Under the pieces are notes generated by a model. The model was not told where the DNA came from. It did no database searches and saw only the letters and a program-made list of their open reading frames with translations. This document shows positions 13,013-25,147 of a stretch of DNA of 64,000 bases, one piece after another. The DNA is from Vitrella brassicaformis CCMP3155 (lineage: Eukaryota; Protista; Chromerida), in assembly GCA_001179505.1 (NCBI GenBank), contig CDMY01000466.1:124001-188000 (forward strand), in the 5' to 3' direction. Every line of letters starts with the position of its first letter. The stretch's first letter is position 1. The position numbers and the translations under genes are program-made.

Positions 13013-13303
13013 CATGATAGCGTAGGACCAGCAGGCAGCAGTAGGTGGGAGTGACGGACGAGCGGACCGCGCTGCATAGCAATGGCTTCTTCCACGTGTA
13101 GAATGAAACACTGAAACAGCGCCATGCTCCGCCGCTACTGAGAAAAATGAGACGGCGAGACGGCGAGAAAAATAGAGACGGAACCCCGCAAACCCAAAAG
13201 AGATTTTTTTCCAGTCCGGTTTTCACGCCTTCCTTCTGTTTTCAGGAGGAAAGGCCTCTACCAGGCATCCGTGGTACGCCAGAATGGATCCCAATGTGAG
13301 ACC

Positions 13304-14300
13304 CCTGCCCTTCTGCACCGACGGCAGCGCGGCTGACGGACATCAACAAGAGCCAACAATCCCCCTGCCGCCGCGCCGCCAGCTGTGGCCTGCATTGGTT
13401 CACTTCTCCTGAAGTGCCAGGTACTGTTCAACTGCCACGCCGAAACGGGAGCCGGTCAGGCAGTGGTTCACGAGAGGGTCTGGAGCAGGTCTGGAGGGCC
13501 AAGAGAGCAGCTGTCGGGACCTTCGCAGTCGCCTCCTCAAAACCTCAAGGTGCACGAGGCGCAGGTCCACCCCACCCAATTGAAGCGCAAGGCCGACAAC
13601 CACAACGGGGCGGGCGAGGCCAAGAAGCCCAGGGCGGCCGGCGCGTGAGGTGGAAGGACGGACTTCAGAGGGGACGAGAGGGGGAGGTGGCGGGAACAAA
13701 GAGGAATCTTCAGCACTGCGCAGTCCGGAGGGCATCTGCAATGTGGAAAGCGTCCACCAAGGAAGGGGCCCGTTCGAGATGAGCGATTGCGAGCTGTACC
13801 GTCAAACCTCAGGTGGCCGCTGGAGAAAGAAAAACCAAGAGGAGAGGGAGATGGCAGCGGCTGATGCGACGGCGGTGGCCTACAAGGCCGAGTACGAGGG
13901 CAAGAAGGCCTTCAAGGCGGCGATGCACCGTCGCGCCGCCCTCAAGAGCGGCCTGCTCATCATCGAGGCCAACGAGGGCGACGCCACGACGTTTTATTGG
14001 GTGCGGCTGTGCGAGAGGGGGTCTGGTGGGTGCCGGGGCCGGCTGATAGAGGAGCGGCTGCTGCAGGTGGACCCCTGCCCTCCTGCGCCGACGGCAGCGC
14101 GGCTGGCGGACATCAACAAGAGCCTGAAGGTGCGCGAGGTGCAGTCGACCGTAGCCGCCCTCTGCCGCAAGTCCCCGGCCCCACCCAACTGAAGCGCAAG
14201 GCCGAGAACAACAACGGGGCGGGCGAGGCCAAGAAGCCCAGGGCGGCCGGCGCGTGAGGTGGCGGGATGGACTTCAGAGGGGACGAGAGGGGGAGGCGGC
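13304..14300 (+). repeat. Local direct duplication (about 13304-13355 vs 14073-14123, and 13570-13690 vs 14180-14295)
   Basis: Shared blocks CCCTGCCC.CTGC.CCGACGGCAGCGCGGCTG.CGGACATCAACAAGAGCC and a block encoding PTQLKRKA(D/E)N(H/N)NGAGEAKKPRAAGA*. Confidence 0.85.
13851..14257 (+). CDS. Possible small hypothetical protein
   Basis: MAAADATAVAYKAEYEGKKAFKAAMHRRAALKSGLLIIEANEG..FYW followed by a plausible GT..AG intron. No recognised domain, and the 3' frame is ambiguous. Confidence 0.3.
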
Positions 14301-14903
14301 GGGAAGAGGAATCTTTAGCACTGTGCAGAACACGACGCCGCCTTCCCCAGGGACGGGACAAGTCGGAGGACACGACAGGCGGGCGGGGGATACATGTGTA
14401 CAATAGCCAGCCGTGTGGCTGCCTGTGTTCCGTTGCGTGTGTGAGGACGGACGGCATAGACAAGCCGTGGGAGTGCGAGTGCGCTGGGCGCATTGCATTG
14501 CTGCCTACGTTTTATATCTGCAGGAGTGTTGTGTTGTTTCATCAAAGCGCATGAGACTCAGAAGGGCAGCGAGACACCATCGAGTGAGCCAGTGCGTTGG
14601 ACGCATACATACGTGACGCCATATATAATAAAAGGGGGTCTGGTCCACACGAGTGTCTACGCACAGTTGCGTAGGCGGCAGACAGACATAAACACACCCA
14701 TGACAAACGCACGCAGCACAAACTGACTGACAGACAGGCACACAGACAGCTGCGCCGTCTATTCCTTGCCACCACACACACATGGTCTATCTATGTCTGT
14801 GCAGCTAGCTATACAGCAACCCTCAACCAGCAGCTACATACATGCCATACCATACATCGCCCACCACTGCACACAGCCCAGGCATAACCACACACGACAG
14901 TGG

Positions 14904-17467
14904 TCAACGCGTCCTCTCAGGTGTCCGTTCATCTCTCTCACTCACCCCCTCCCCCTCCCCAGCCCCCCCTCCCTCACCCTCTGCTACCCACTGCCCATCA
15001 TCTCCCCCCTCGTCGAAAGGCCTGTCGTATCTACTGAGACGCATCTCGATGTCCGTCTCACCGGCAAGACCGCCCACCTCGCCAACGTCGGACTCGTCAA
15101 GCACCTTTGGGCGGCATGTGGGGCAGGTCTGCTCGTTGATGGACAGCTGGATGCCCAGATGAGCGCTCGGGTGCCGACGGTAACTCTCTTCAACCTGATA
15201 TACCCATCCACACCACACACATGACATGGGGCAACCAACCATGCATCCTCATCCCCCCCTTGTGTGTATGGCGCAGGCATCGCATCACGCAGGCACCTGT
15301 GCGACGGTGTCGAATGGTTCCCTGTGCAGTGTGTCGGGTATGCCCAGCAGCAGCAGCACCGCCACACCACCGATAGACCCGAATATCACCAGCGGCAGGG
15401 AGGGAAACAGCCACTGACCCAACACAATGATGAAGGGCACCACACACCCCGCTGCATGGCCAGAGAGGCTGGCTGCCCCCACGGCAGCGTTGCGGACCGA
15501 TGTGGGGAAGAGCTCAGCAGTGTAGAGGTACACTACCGCCAACGCTGCTGCGGCAAACGTCCTGCGACACACATCACATCCGATCAACACACACAAATGG
15601 ATGCAATCAACGGACAGACGCATCGACCCTGTGTGTTTCTCTTTTTTGTCAGTCAGTTACCTGGCGGCGACGGCCGCTCCAGCGAGGAATGGTCCTCTGG
15701 GTATGAAGGGGGTGCAGAAGAAGATTAGAGATGCGATGGTGAGTGAGAAGGACACCACGCCCTTCCGCCCGATGCCGGGGATGTCACTCACACGACATGA
15801 CGTGAAGTTGGCCACACTCTGAAAACCAACACCGACAGACAGGCGTATGTGCGGGTCCTTGTGCCCCTCGTCCTAGCTATCATATCATATCATATCATAT
15901 TTGTGTGTGTGTGTACCTCGATGAGTCCAGCAATTGCGATGGCGGCATAGATGTTGCCCCCTAGCTGGCCGATAGCCAGCGTCGGCCCATAGTAGCCTAT
16001 GCCACAGGCGAACCACACCCACAGCTTGACCCCCGCCCACTCTCTGAGCGGCGTCACGAGCACCAGGCTGCTCATCTCCGCCGGCAGGACGCCCTTGCCC
16101 GCCTCTCTCGCCTCCTCCGCACCCCCCAGCTGCTCCAACACTTCTGCCGTCACCTCGGGCGGGAATATCCGCCTGTTCTGCGCCGCCATGTGCTTGAGAG
16201 CCAGGAGGGCGTTGTCATAGTCCCTCTGCGACATGAGCCATCGGGGTCCCTCGTGCATGATGGGGGAGAGCCACGCCGCGTAGGTGATCCAGAATCCTGG
16301 GAGTGCGATAACGAGCGACAGAAGCCGCCAGGAGAAGATGGTGGATGCGATAAGGGCTAATGAGCAGATGCCCAAAGCAAAGGCCACCGATCCGACGGCA
16401 GCGGGCAGAAAGCGATGCCTCTCAGCAACGATCTCCTCACTGCAGTAGGGAAACAGACACACACAAAGGGGATATGATCCTGAATCTCGGTGTGCCTGTG
16501 ATCCGTTCGGTTCGCTTACACGTGCACAAAGATGACGAGCATGGCGCCACACCCCCCAAAGGCAGTCAAGAATCTGGCGAAGGCGTACATGGCCGGCGAG
16601 GCGGCGAATGCACACGTGACAGCAAACAGCTGACACACGGTGCTCCCGAGGGCGAATGCCGTGTGCCTCCCGAATGTGTCGGAGAGGATGCCGAAGGTGA
16701 AGACGCCCAGGCAGAAACCCACAAAGTAAAAGGCGTTGATGGTCGACACGGAGAAGAACGTCTCCTTGCAGGCCAAGTCAAATGTGGACACGACGGAAAG
16801 CCACGAACTCGAATACCTGCACACAATACACAAGCAATCAGACAGACAGAGGTAGGTGCTGTGTTCCGGTGTGTCTGTCTGCTCCTGCATATTTTCAGAT
16901 CGATGCATCCTCTGCTTACACGTAAGGCGTGCTGCAGTCCCATGGAGGCAGCCGCTTGCTCGCATCGCACTCAGGCACCACCGTGGCGTTCGTCGCGTTG
17001 CTGCTTGATGAGTCATTCCTCGAAACGTCGTCAATCAGCCCCCTTACTCGTAACCTCTCCACAGCCGTCCTCATCTCCCATTCGCCCGTCGTCTGATTAC
17101 TCCCGCCGCCGCCTCCCTCTGCTGCCGTGACATTCGCAGGTCCCTCCGTCACGTTGGGCGGTGCTGGCGGCAACGTCGGGCTGACAGGCAGTGGCGCAAC
17201 GGGGGCTGGCGACGGGGCGATGACTGAGCAGTCAGGATATCGCGGTACGTCTTGTGTGGTGAATGTGAGCAGGACGGTGAGAGCGCCGATATAGCTCCAC
17301 ATGATGCAGGAGAGGAAGTAGAGGACGTTCCGCTGGTACTTGCCCCATGAGCCAACCGCCTCCTCCAGCTCCTCAAATGATTGATATGGGGCGCCGGCTG
17401 TGTTAGGACGGGGGGAAGGCGCCGCACCAGGTACAGGAACGTGGTCCTCAGGTCTGTTGATGCGCAT
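14904..17467 (-). CDS. MFS transporter, SLC22/organic cation transporter-like, multi-exon
   Basis: EELEEAVGSWGKYQ, SVVSTFDLAC, GILSDTFGR, HEGPRWLMSQ, GYYG and VVYLYTAELFPTSVRNAAVG are SLC22 signature motifs. ATG 17467 has an upstream in-frame stop. Confidence 0.9.
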
Positions 17468-17756
17468 ATCAGCAGCTCCGACAGACGCAAGGAGAGACTA
17501 TGAACTCGGATGGAGCAGCTTCACCAATGTTTGCCCGGCATATGCGTCTGCCGACTCATTGGCAGCGATGGAAGGCCTCCGGCCTGAATCCCCTTCCAAG
17601 CCTCCTCGGCGCTCTCTGCGAGCTTCCTTAAAACGAGGGATGAAACTTGGACTTCGACCAGCCAGGCACCGTAGAGATTGACAACCGACAAGACAACACC
17701 TCGGCCCTGAGCCCTCAACTATTCGTCAGCACAAAGCCCACGGCCTTCGCTGAAGC

Positions 17757-20700
17757 ATGGAGCCACTCTTCCCCGACGCCGCTGACCGCGAGAGGCTGCT
17801 CAGCCCGCCATCATCCTTCCCTCGACGGAACACGCGACGGCCGACATTTGATGAAATGATGGAGAGAATGGACGGATCCAGTGGAGATGAAGTCAAATGG
17901 GGGAGCCCACCCGTGGGGCATGCAGCTGATCAACCGTCCTCAGTCCGACACGTTCGCCGCTACCCTGATGCAGCCGACGGCCACGATGACGATCACGTGG
18001 ATTTCAACACCCTTATGTCAGCTGTTGGGACGTCTGCGTCGGTCAAGTTTCATGATTCGATGCGGAGTGACGACGGTGAGGGGAGGATCTTCGATAGGGG
18101 CAGGTGGGTGTTCCCTGAGAGAAGAAGGAAGACGGCCGTGAGGCGGGATGAGCGGGACGGTGGGAGGGTGCGGCCACCATCGGGCCTTTTGGATAACCAG
18201 TCGCCGCTTGTGGGGGTAAGTGAACAGACCCACGGACGAACAGGGCTGGCTCCCCACGAGGTTGATGTGGATATCTGTGTGGTTGTGGTGGCTCCAGAGG
18301 CTCGAGGAGGTGGTACAGCTGCTTGCTGTTCTAGCCAACGCCCAGAATCTGCTCAACAACATTCAGCTGAGACACAGACTCCAAGGATCATCGCCTTCTC
18401 CAGCAAGGGAGCCAGCACCACCATCCCCCTTGCCGTCGCCCCCACGGCACGCGCAGGCCGTCCAGGCGGACATGAAGGGAGACACGTTACGGAAAGGGAC
18501 CAGGAAGGGCGGCGCGGCGCTGTCTCCCATACCGTCGTTCGGCACCCTGCCGAGCATGCAGCAGGGCCCACCTGCTGGTCCAAGTGTCAGCCCCGTCTTT
18601 GAGGCGTCTCAGGCGTCGCCTTCCCGGCCGCCGTCGCCCCTCACCCACTCGCCGCCTTCTCCCCACATTAACGAAGAGGAGCTGGCTGTGCGTGTAGCCA
18701 GCGTGATGCACAAGTTTTGTGAGCAGTTCAACACGTATGCCAAGGAGATAGAGGAGAGGATACGGCTGCTGGACGCTGCTTCCAGGGAGAGGGAGACCAG
18801 AGCACGGCATAGGAGACGCAACAGAGGCGATGAGGGCCGCCAGCCGTCATCCAGCGAGGCGTCGACACCGAGACGGCCGCAGCCTCCCCAACCGCAGGCA
18901 CAGGCACAGCAGCTGCCGTCCGCCCCGCCCCCTCTGTTGGAAGCACCGCCCGAGGGCCCACCTGAGCTGAAAAAGAAGCCACCAGAAGACAAGAAAGAGA
19001 AGAAGGAGAAGGGCAAAGAGGGAGAGAGTAGAGAGAGCATCCCCCAGCTGTCTGCCGACGCCAAGGCGATCATCCAAGCCATATTGTCGCGGAACGGGAG
19101 GGAGCCTGACGAGGTCGACAAGGCACTGCAGAGGGTGATGGCTTCCATGGCCACGGGGGTACACAGCGCCCCGGACATGCACACGAGGTGAGATGATGGA
19201 TGGGCCACGCTGCGAGAACAGACTCGCTTATGCGATCTTGGTTTGTCATCAGCATGTCTCGCCCATGCTCGCCTGCCTCGGCTGCTGGGAACACTCAGGC
19301 CAGCTGGTCGCAAATCGCACAGGTAAGGCTTGTCCGCATACACGACCACGAAATGCAATATCTATGTATCTGTTCGCTTGGTCGGCTGGCTGGCTGGCTG
19401 GCTGGCTGCAGCAACGCCCCGTGAGTCCCTTCAGCGTGCCTGTGGCCCCCTCCACCCCTCCGCACGCAAATGGCGTCATGCCCGTCGAAACATTCAAGGT
19501 AAACGGCACCTTGTCTCATCGATCCCTCACCTCAGACCATTCATGTCGCCCTCCCTCTCTGTTTGTCATCTGTTCAGCGTCAAGTGTCGAGTGTGTGGAC
19601 TGATTCGTCCGCCTCTCCCTCACCCCATCCCCCCCGCCCTCCAAGTGCAGCCATGGCCGTGCCACCAATCCACCCTGCTTACCACTCACACACGCGCCAC
19701 GGACATGAGGATGTGAGGATGAGACAGCCACCGCCGATGGCCCACAGCCAATATCCTTACCCACGGCCTGAGCCTGTGGACACCAACCGTGTGCTGGAGG
19801 ACGGACATATGAGGAGAAGCCATGAGAGGGAACCCAGGGAGCCGCCTCTCCCCCCACGGCAGTCCGCCATGTCTTCTCGGCGATCCTTTGTGCCGCAGGA
19901 CGGCGCTCTGTGGGCGGCATATAACCCCAATCAGGCGAGACGGCAGTCGCCACACAGCTATCAAGAGGGGGAGAGGCTCCAGTCGCCCTCTCCACCCACA
20001 TCACGAGCTCGTCCATCGGTGGCGTACTCGACAATCCCCACCCCTGCTTCTGCTCCGTCCCCCCCTGTCCGCATGGGTCACGCTATTCCGCCTGCAGTGC
20101 TCCCCCAAGACGAGTACTATTCACGGTTCCCCTCTGCTTTGCTCGAGAGTGGCCTGCCCAGCTCCTCAGTGCCGCAGCTTGGGGGAGGGGGGCCGTCCAG
20201 CCCGCAGCCTCCCCGCTTTTCTATCGACTCTTCGTTCAGCCCAAGACACTCCCTCGCTCAGCAAGAGACATCCGGCAGCAGGTACTTCTCCGCCATGCCG
20301 CGCTATTCCGTGTCGCCCGACAGCAGCGTCAACAGGATGTCGATGGCGAGCAGCAACGTGGTGATGATACCCAGCCGTGGGCCACCCCTTCCTGCCGTCC
20401 ACCAGCAGAGGCCCAGTCTGGAGCCACACAGGGCGGGTCGGAGCAGCTTACGAGGGTCTGTGGCGTCGCTCATGGCCCCCATATCCCCCCCTGTCCACCG
20501 TCCGTCGATCGCTGTGGCCACGCAGGTGTCGGACTTCACCGACACTGAAGAGGAGGCGCCTCTCACAGCCAAGGCCAAGATGCCCCCTGTGTCCAAGGGC
20601 GGTGGGGCGCCGCCCCCCTCACCCACAACGCCCTCACCCTCAGTGTCTCCTCCACCATCACCATCCCCCCCACCAGCAAAGAAGGAGGCAGAGGTTAAGA

Positions 20701-20804
20701 AGCAGCCAGCCCCTCCCAAGAGACCTCCCCCACCAAAGGGCAAACAGGTGGTAGCCAAGAAGAAGGAGGGACAGCCACAGGAAAAGACCGTGAAGGTCAC
20801 TTAG
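17757..20804 (+). CDS. Large Pro/Ser-rich low-complexity protein with short coiled-coil segments, function unknown
   Basis: Long ORFs 17757.., 18220..19191 and 19563..20804 are linked by plausible GT-AG introns. Helical stretches RLEEVVQLLAVLANAQNLL and YAKEIEERIRLLD. No recognised domain. Confidence 0.55.
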
Positions 20805-21162
20805 CGCATGTGCAGTAAGTAGGTCAGTGTGTGGCGTGTCTCGCTAGGTCGAATGTCTGGTGAATGCTGTCATGACTTGAGGCGGTGTTGAGAAGAAAGA
20901 CTTTTGTATGTGCAGTAAGTCGACTGCGATGACTTTGGTGTGAATGGAATGTTCACTGGCAGCACGTCGGGCATTAATTGTCCCAGGTAGCTGCCCTGCC
21001 TCATGGCGTCCGCACCTGGGTCGCGCATTCATCCATAGATAGCTCACATGGTCACTCACAAGATCCACACCGTCACATCACGGCATATTGCTACTATACA
21101 AGACGACATGATACCACATGGAACACACACAGAGAGAAAACACACAAGAAGCGCCTCGTTCG

Positions 21163-24126
21163 TCACACAAGCGTCCTGATGTGCACATCAGCCATGTTCG
21201 TCACGAGAGCAGCGGGCGGGAACATCGGGGCGTCAGGGACACGGTGGTGTCCCCAATAGGGCTGGCGAGGGGCTTCTTGGGGAGGCTCAGCCTGCTGGGG
21301 GGGTGGCCGGCCATACTGTGAGTAGGGGTGGGGATGGGGGTGTGGGGCAGGTCTGAGCCCAGGTGGCGGCCGCTGGCTGCTCAGCGTCTCCTCAAGCTCT
21401 TCCAATGTGACGCCTTGGCGCAGTAAGGCCTCGCGGAGCGCCCTGACAGACACGATGGATGACGGACACAGACAGACAAGGGTGGTCGGCTAATTAATGC
21501 AAGTGGTTGTGTTGTGTGCGGCTGGTCTCTCTCGCCTTTGCTGCTTGAAGTTGTTGGCCCAGTACTCGATGGGATCACGGGTGCGGGTGAACACCTACAC
21601 ACAGCAAACACAGCACGGTCGATTCATTCGTGCCTTCGTGAGTGACGTGACGGCATCCATCGTGCTCACCGATGCGGGGAAGAATGTCCGGGCTGATCGG
21701 CCGAAGAACATGGCCTCGCCGAGACTGTCCACCATCTATAGACACATCAAGGAAAGGCACGCCGAGTGGTCTGCTCACTTCACCACTTGTCTTTTCTGGT
21801 GCCTCCCTCACTGACCTTCCTGTGGCTCTGCAGCTGTGCCCTCTCCGCATAGATGGGCCACACCTCGTTGATGCGCCCCGTCAAGTTCTGCCATGCCATG
21901 CAGCAAAGCGGATGACATGAGGGCAACAGACACACCATGCCGCACTTGAACCGTGTGTTGGTTTACCGCGATCCTCTGCTGGTGGGTGGGGTGCGTGTTC
22001 ATCCACGCAGGGATCACTGACGTCGGGTCTGCATGCCACGCACACACAGACATGCGGACGGCAGGCAGGAAATCGGTAAGAGCATCCACACACACGGCAA
22101 ATGAATGAGTACAGTGAGGGCATCCATCGTCACTTACCGACTTCGAACTCAGTGTCACCCAGGTCCTGTGGAACGACACGGCGCGACAAAGGACATGTCA
22201 GTCACACATACACACACGTGCACCCATCATGTTGTTTCGTTACTTACCATCATGGTCGTCCACAACTTGACGGCTGATAGGGGATTGTACCTGATTGCAA
22301 TGACACCACACACACACACAGATGTCTGTCGGCAGCCACATCCCTTTTCCCTTGGCCAGCCCACCCTGCCCTGGCCATGAGTTCGACCCCCATGTCATCC
22401 GCCTCCTTCTCAAGCCAACGCGAATACGGCAAATCTACACACACACACACACGCACGCACACACACACACGCACGCACGCACACACACAGAGAGAGAGAG
22501 AGAGGAATGTACTGCCTCTTTCTTTCTGAGGTTGTGATGTGGCTGACCGGTGAAGAATGTCTGTGCGACCGTAACCATCATGGACGCCACGAATGCCTTG
22601 AAGGTGGTCACGAGGCTCAGCGGCCACGTCAGCTTGGCGATGGGGATCGACGCCACCAGACCGGTGATGACGGCCAGCGCTGAAGCCCTGGAGAGGTTCT
22701 CCATGCCGTGACGCGCCAGCACGTGTGACATCTCGTGGGCCAGCACCGACGCCAGACCCTCCTCGTTGCCCGCAACCTCGATCATCCCCGCGTATAAGAA
22801 GATGGTTCCTGCATCAGATCAAATGTCACACAACAGACAGAACAGGACAGAAGGGGCGTGTCCCATAATGGGCAAAATGCTGTCCATCCATTTGTTTGAT
22901 GCTGAGAGCTCAACTGACCCAGCGGCGTCGCGAATGCGTTTCTTTCCTTTGAGGGCACGATGACGATCCGCCACACGCGGGTCATCAGATCCTCGCGACT
23001 GCACAGCTCTGGCGGCACCGCAGCAAGGATTTTCTGATCACCATACACACACGCGCACACACGTACTTGCATGCTGTGTGTGTGGTGTGTGTGGATCATT
23101 GATCATTCCCACCCGTTTGACGCGGTCGATGGCTAGGTGCAGCTCGTGGTGTTCGGGCACGACGGGGATCTGCTTGCTCTGGAGGTTCTCTATCAGGCCC
23201 TTCACCACCTCTTTGCCGATGTCAGTCTCCTACACCATCACCCACACACAGCACACAAAGAGGTGCCGCTTTCCTTCCATCCGTCCATCCATGGGAGCTG
23301 TGCTCACGTACATTCTCCCTCGTGAACAGAATGACCCGCCACCGCTTTGTCATCGGCTGAAGGAGAGAAACGACACACAGATGAATGAAAGGAGGAATGA
23401 ATAAGAAAGGACACAAACAGGATGTGTGGGCAGTCATGGAGCACCCCGACGCACATTCTGGTCGAAGGAGGTGGCCACGACCGACCCAGACAGTATGAAC
23501 GGCAGCAGCGACACAGCTATCACCACCGGCCTGTACTTGGGCTTCTTGCCCGTCACGCGCCACACAAAGGGCAGGAACCGGCTGGCCATCGAGCTGATGT
23601 TGATGATCAGCGGCTTCAACTTGGCGAACAGCGGGAGCTTGGCGCCCAGCGCCTTGAGAGAGGTAGCCAGAACCGCGAACAGCTTGCCAAGACCCAACTT
23701 GGACAGCAACGCCTTCGCACCGATAACGGCTCCATAGATGACAGGTACGAGAGGGGGGGCGGGGCGGACGGGACTCACATGGACGAATCGACGAGAGGCC
23801 TTGACGACCAGCTGGTGGGTCGGGGCACCCTCCGCTGGTCTCGACAAGATGTTGGCCGTCCGCCTGATGCATCCATTGTCTGACGGGGCGGCCGTGTGGA
23901 ACGCTATCGCCCGCTGCCTCAGCACCGCCCTGTGCAGTGCAGATGGGCCATACGCCGCTCGTGACAATGCCGCATACGGCAAGAAGTGCCGCGAATGAGT
24001 CGATGCTGATGAGGCCGACGTCCTCGAGCAGATAGAGAGGGCATCACTGTGGTCCCGCCTCGGCTGCAGACAGGTGTGCTGCCTGCCTGCCGCTCGCAGA
24101 GCAATGCTGAATCGGTTCCTGAACAT
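21163..24126 (-). CDS. OMA1: OMA1-like M48 zinc metallopeptidase, mitochondrial, multi-exon
   Basis: Arg-rich presequence MFRNRFSIALRAAG. Motifs NAFATPLG|GTIFLYAGMI, LASVLAHEMSHVLARHGME (HEXXH), LPYSRWLEKEADDMGVELMARAG and WMNTHPTHQQRI. 3' end approximate. Confidence 0.9.
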
Positions 24127-24288
24127 CAGAGATCTTCAGAGATGGATCCTCAGAGATAAAGCGCCGTGGGATTCAGTCTGCAAGGCCGTGTTATCGTGAC
24201 GTTTTCATCATCCTTTCAAGTTTGTTGAGCTCGCACAGTTTGCTGAGCTCGCAGTTGCTCCCCCTGAGATCTGCAGCATTCGTCATCA

Positions 24289-24628
24289 ATGGGCAACTTC
24301 GTGTCCAAGATCAACTCAAACCCAAAGCTGCAAAAGGCAAAAGTCAGCACAAACAGCAGCGAATGCACAGACACATGTTTGACGCATCGTGTGCGTGTGT
24401 GTGTGTTGGTTGCAGACGAAGCTGACGAAGTTGGCCAAGGATGTGTATTGGTTGGGCAGCAACACGGTGTGGGTGGCCATCACGGCCTTCATCGTGCTGG
24501 GCGTGCCGGTGTTTCTGCAGTACGAGAAGGAGTGCCAGATGTTCGACATGCAGGCCAACATGATGCAGCAGCAGGCACAGGCAGTAGAGGCAGCCGTGTC
24601 GGCCGTCAAACAGGGCCAGCCTGTGTGA
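24289..24628 (+). CDS. TOM22: Mitochondrial import receptor Tom22 (short apicomplexan/plant-like type), 2 exons (24289-24342, 24416-24628)
   Basis: MGNFVSKINSNPKLQKAK|TKLTKLAKDVYWLGSNTVWVAITAFIVLGVPVFLQYEKECQ..QQQ carries the Tom22 TM signature W..xT..I.LGVP..xxxE followed by a Gln-rich IMS tail. Confidence 0.8.
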
Positions 24629-25083
24629 TTGAGGTGGCAAGTGGTTGGATTGGTGTAAGTGGTTGTATAGATGGTGGGTGGGTGAGGTGCCTAACTGTCC
24701 GTTTTGTGGCAGACGCGCCGTACACGAGCACACTGCTGGGGTGTAGAGAATATCATTGACTGCGTGATATTCATGCTGCTGCAGTGGAAGGATGATACGT
24801 GTCAACGAGTGCTGCCGGTGTGTACACCACATCCATCTGCCTTTCTTCTTCCTTGTGTGCACATGGTGACTTGACTTGCAGTCGACGTGAATGCTCCTAC
24901 TTTCTGTGTACAGCAGCACTGGCAAACCATCCATTCTGAATCGTCTGATTCCACGTCAGCTTCTTCCTTGATCTGACGATCGTGATCACATGTCTGTCTG
25001 CATGCATCGGATGGAAGGCATTCACAGTCGACAACAGACACCGACAGGTATAAAATGCAGGCAGCGATTAAGCAGATTATCCG

Positions 25084-25147
25084 ATTACAATCGGCCCCAC
25101 ACCCCCTCAGTGCCACCAATTACAATCGGCCCCACACCCCCTCAGTG
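25084..25147. repeat. 29-bp perfect direct repeat x2 (period 35)
   Basis: ATTACAATCGGCCCCACACCCCCTCAGTG at 25084-25112 and 25119-25147. Confidence 0.9.

Noticed and set aside
21443-21535. Possible non-canonical GC-AG intron in OMA1 (AAG|GCGAGA)
   Set aside because: An upstream canonical GA|GTACTG donor gives the same downstream frame, so the GC donor is not required. Needs cDNA.
25084-25147. CRISPR-like 29-bp direct repeat
   Set aside because: Only two copies with a 6-bp spacer, in a eukaryotic context with no cas genes. It is a simple tandem duplication.
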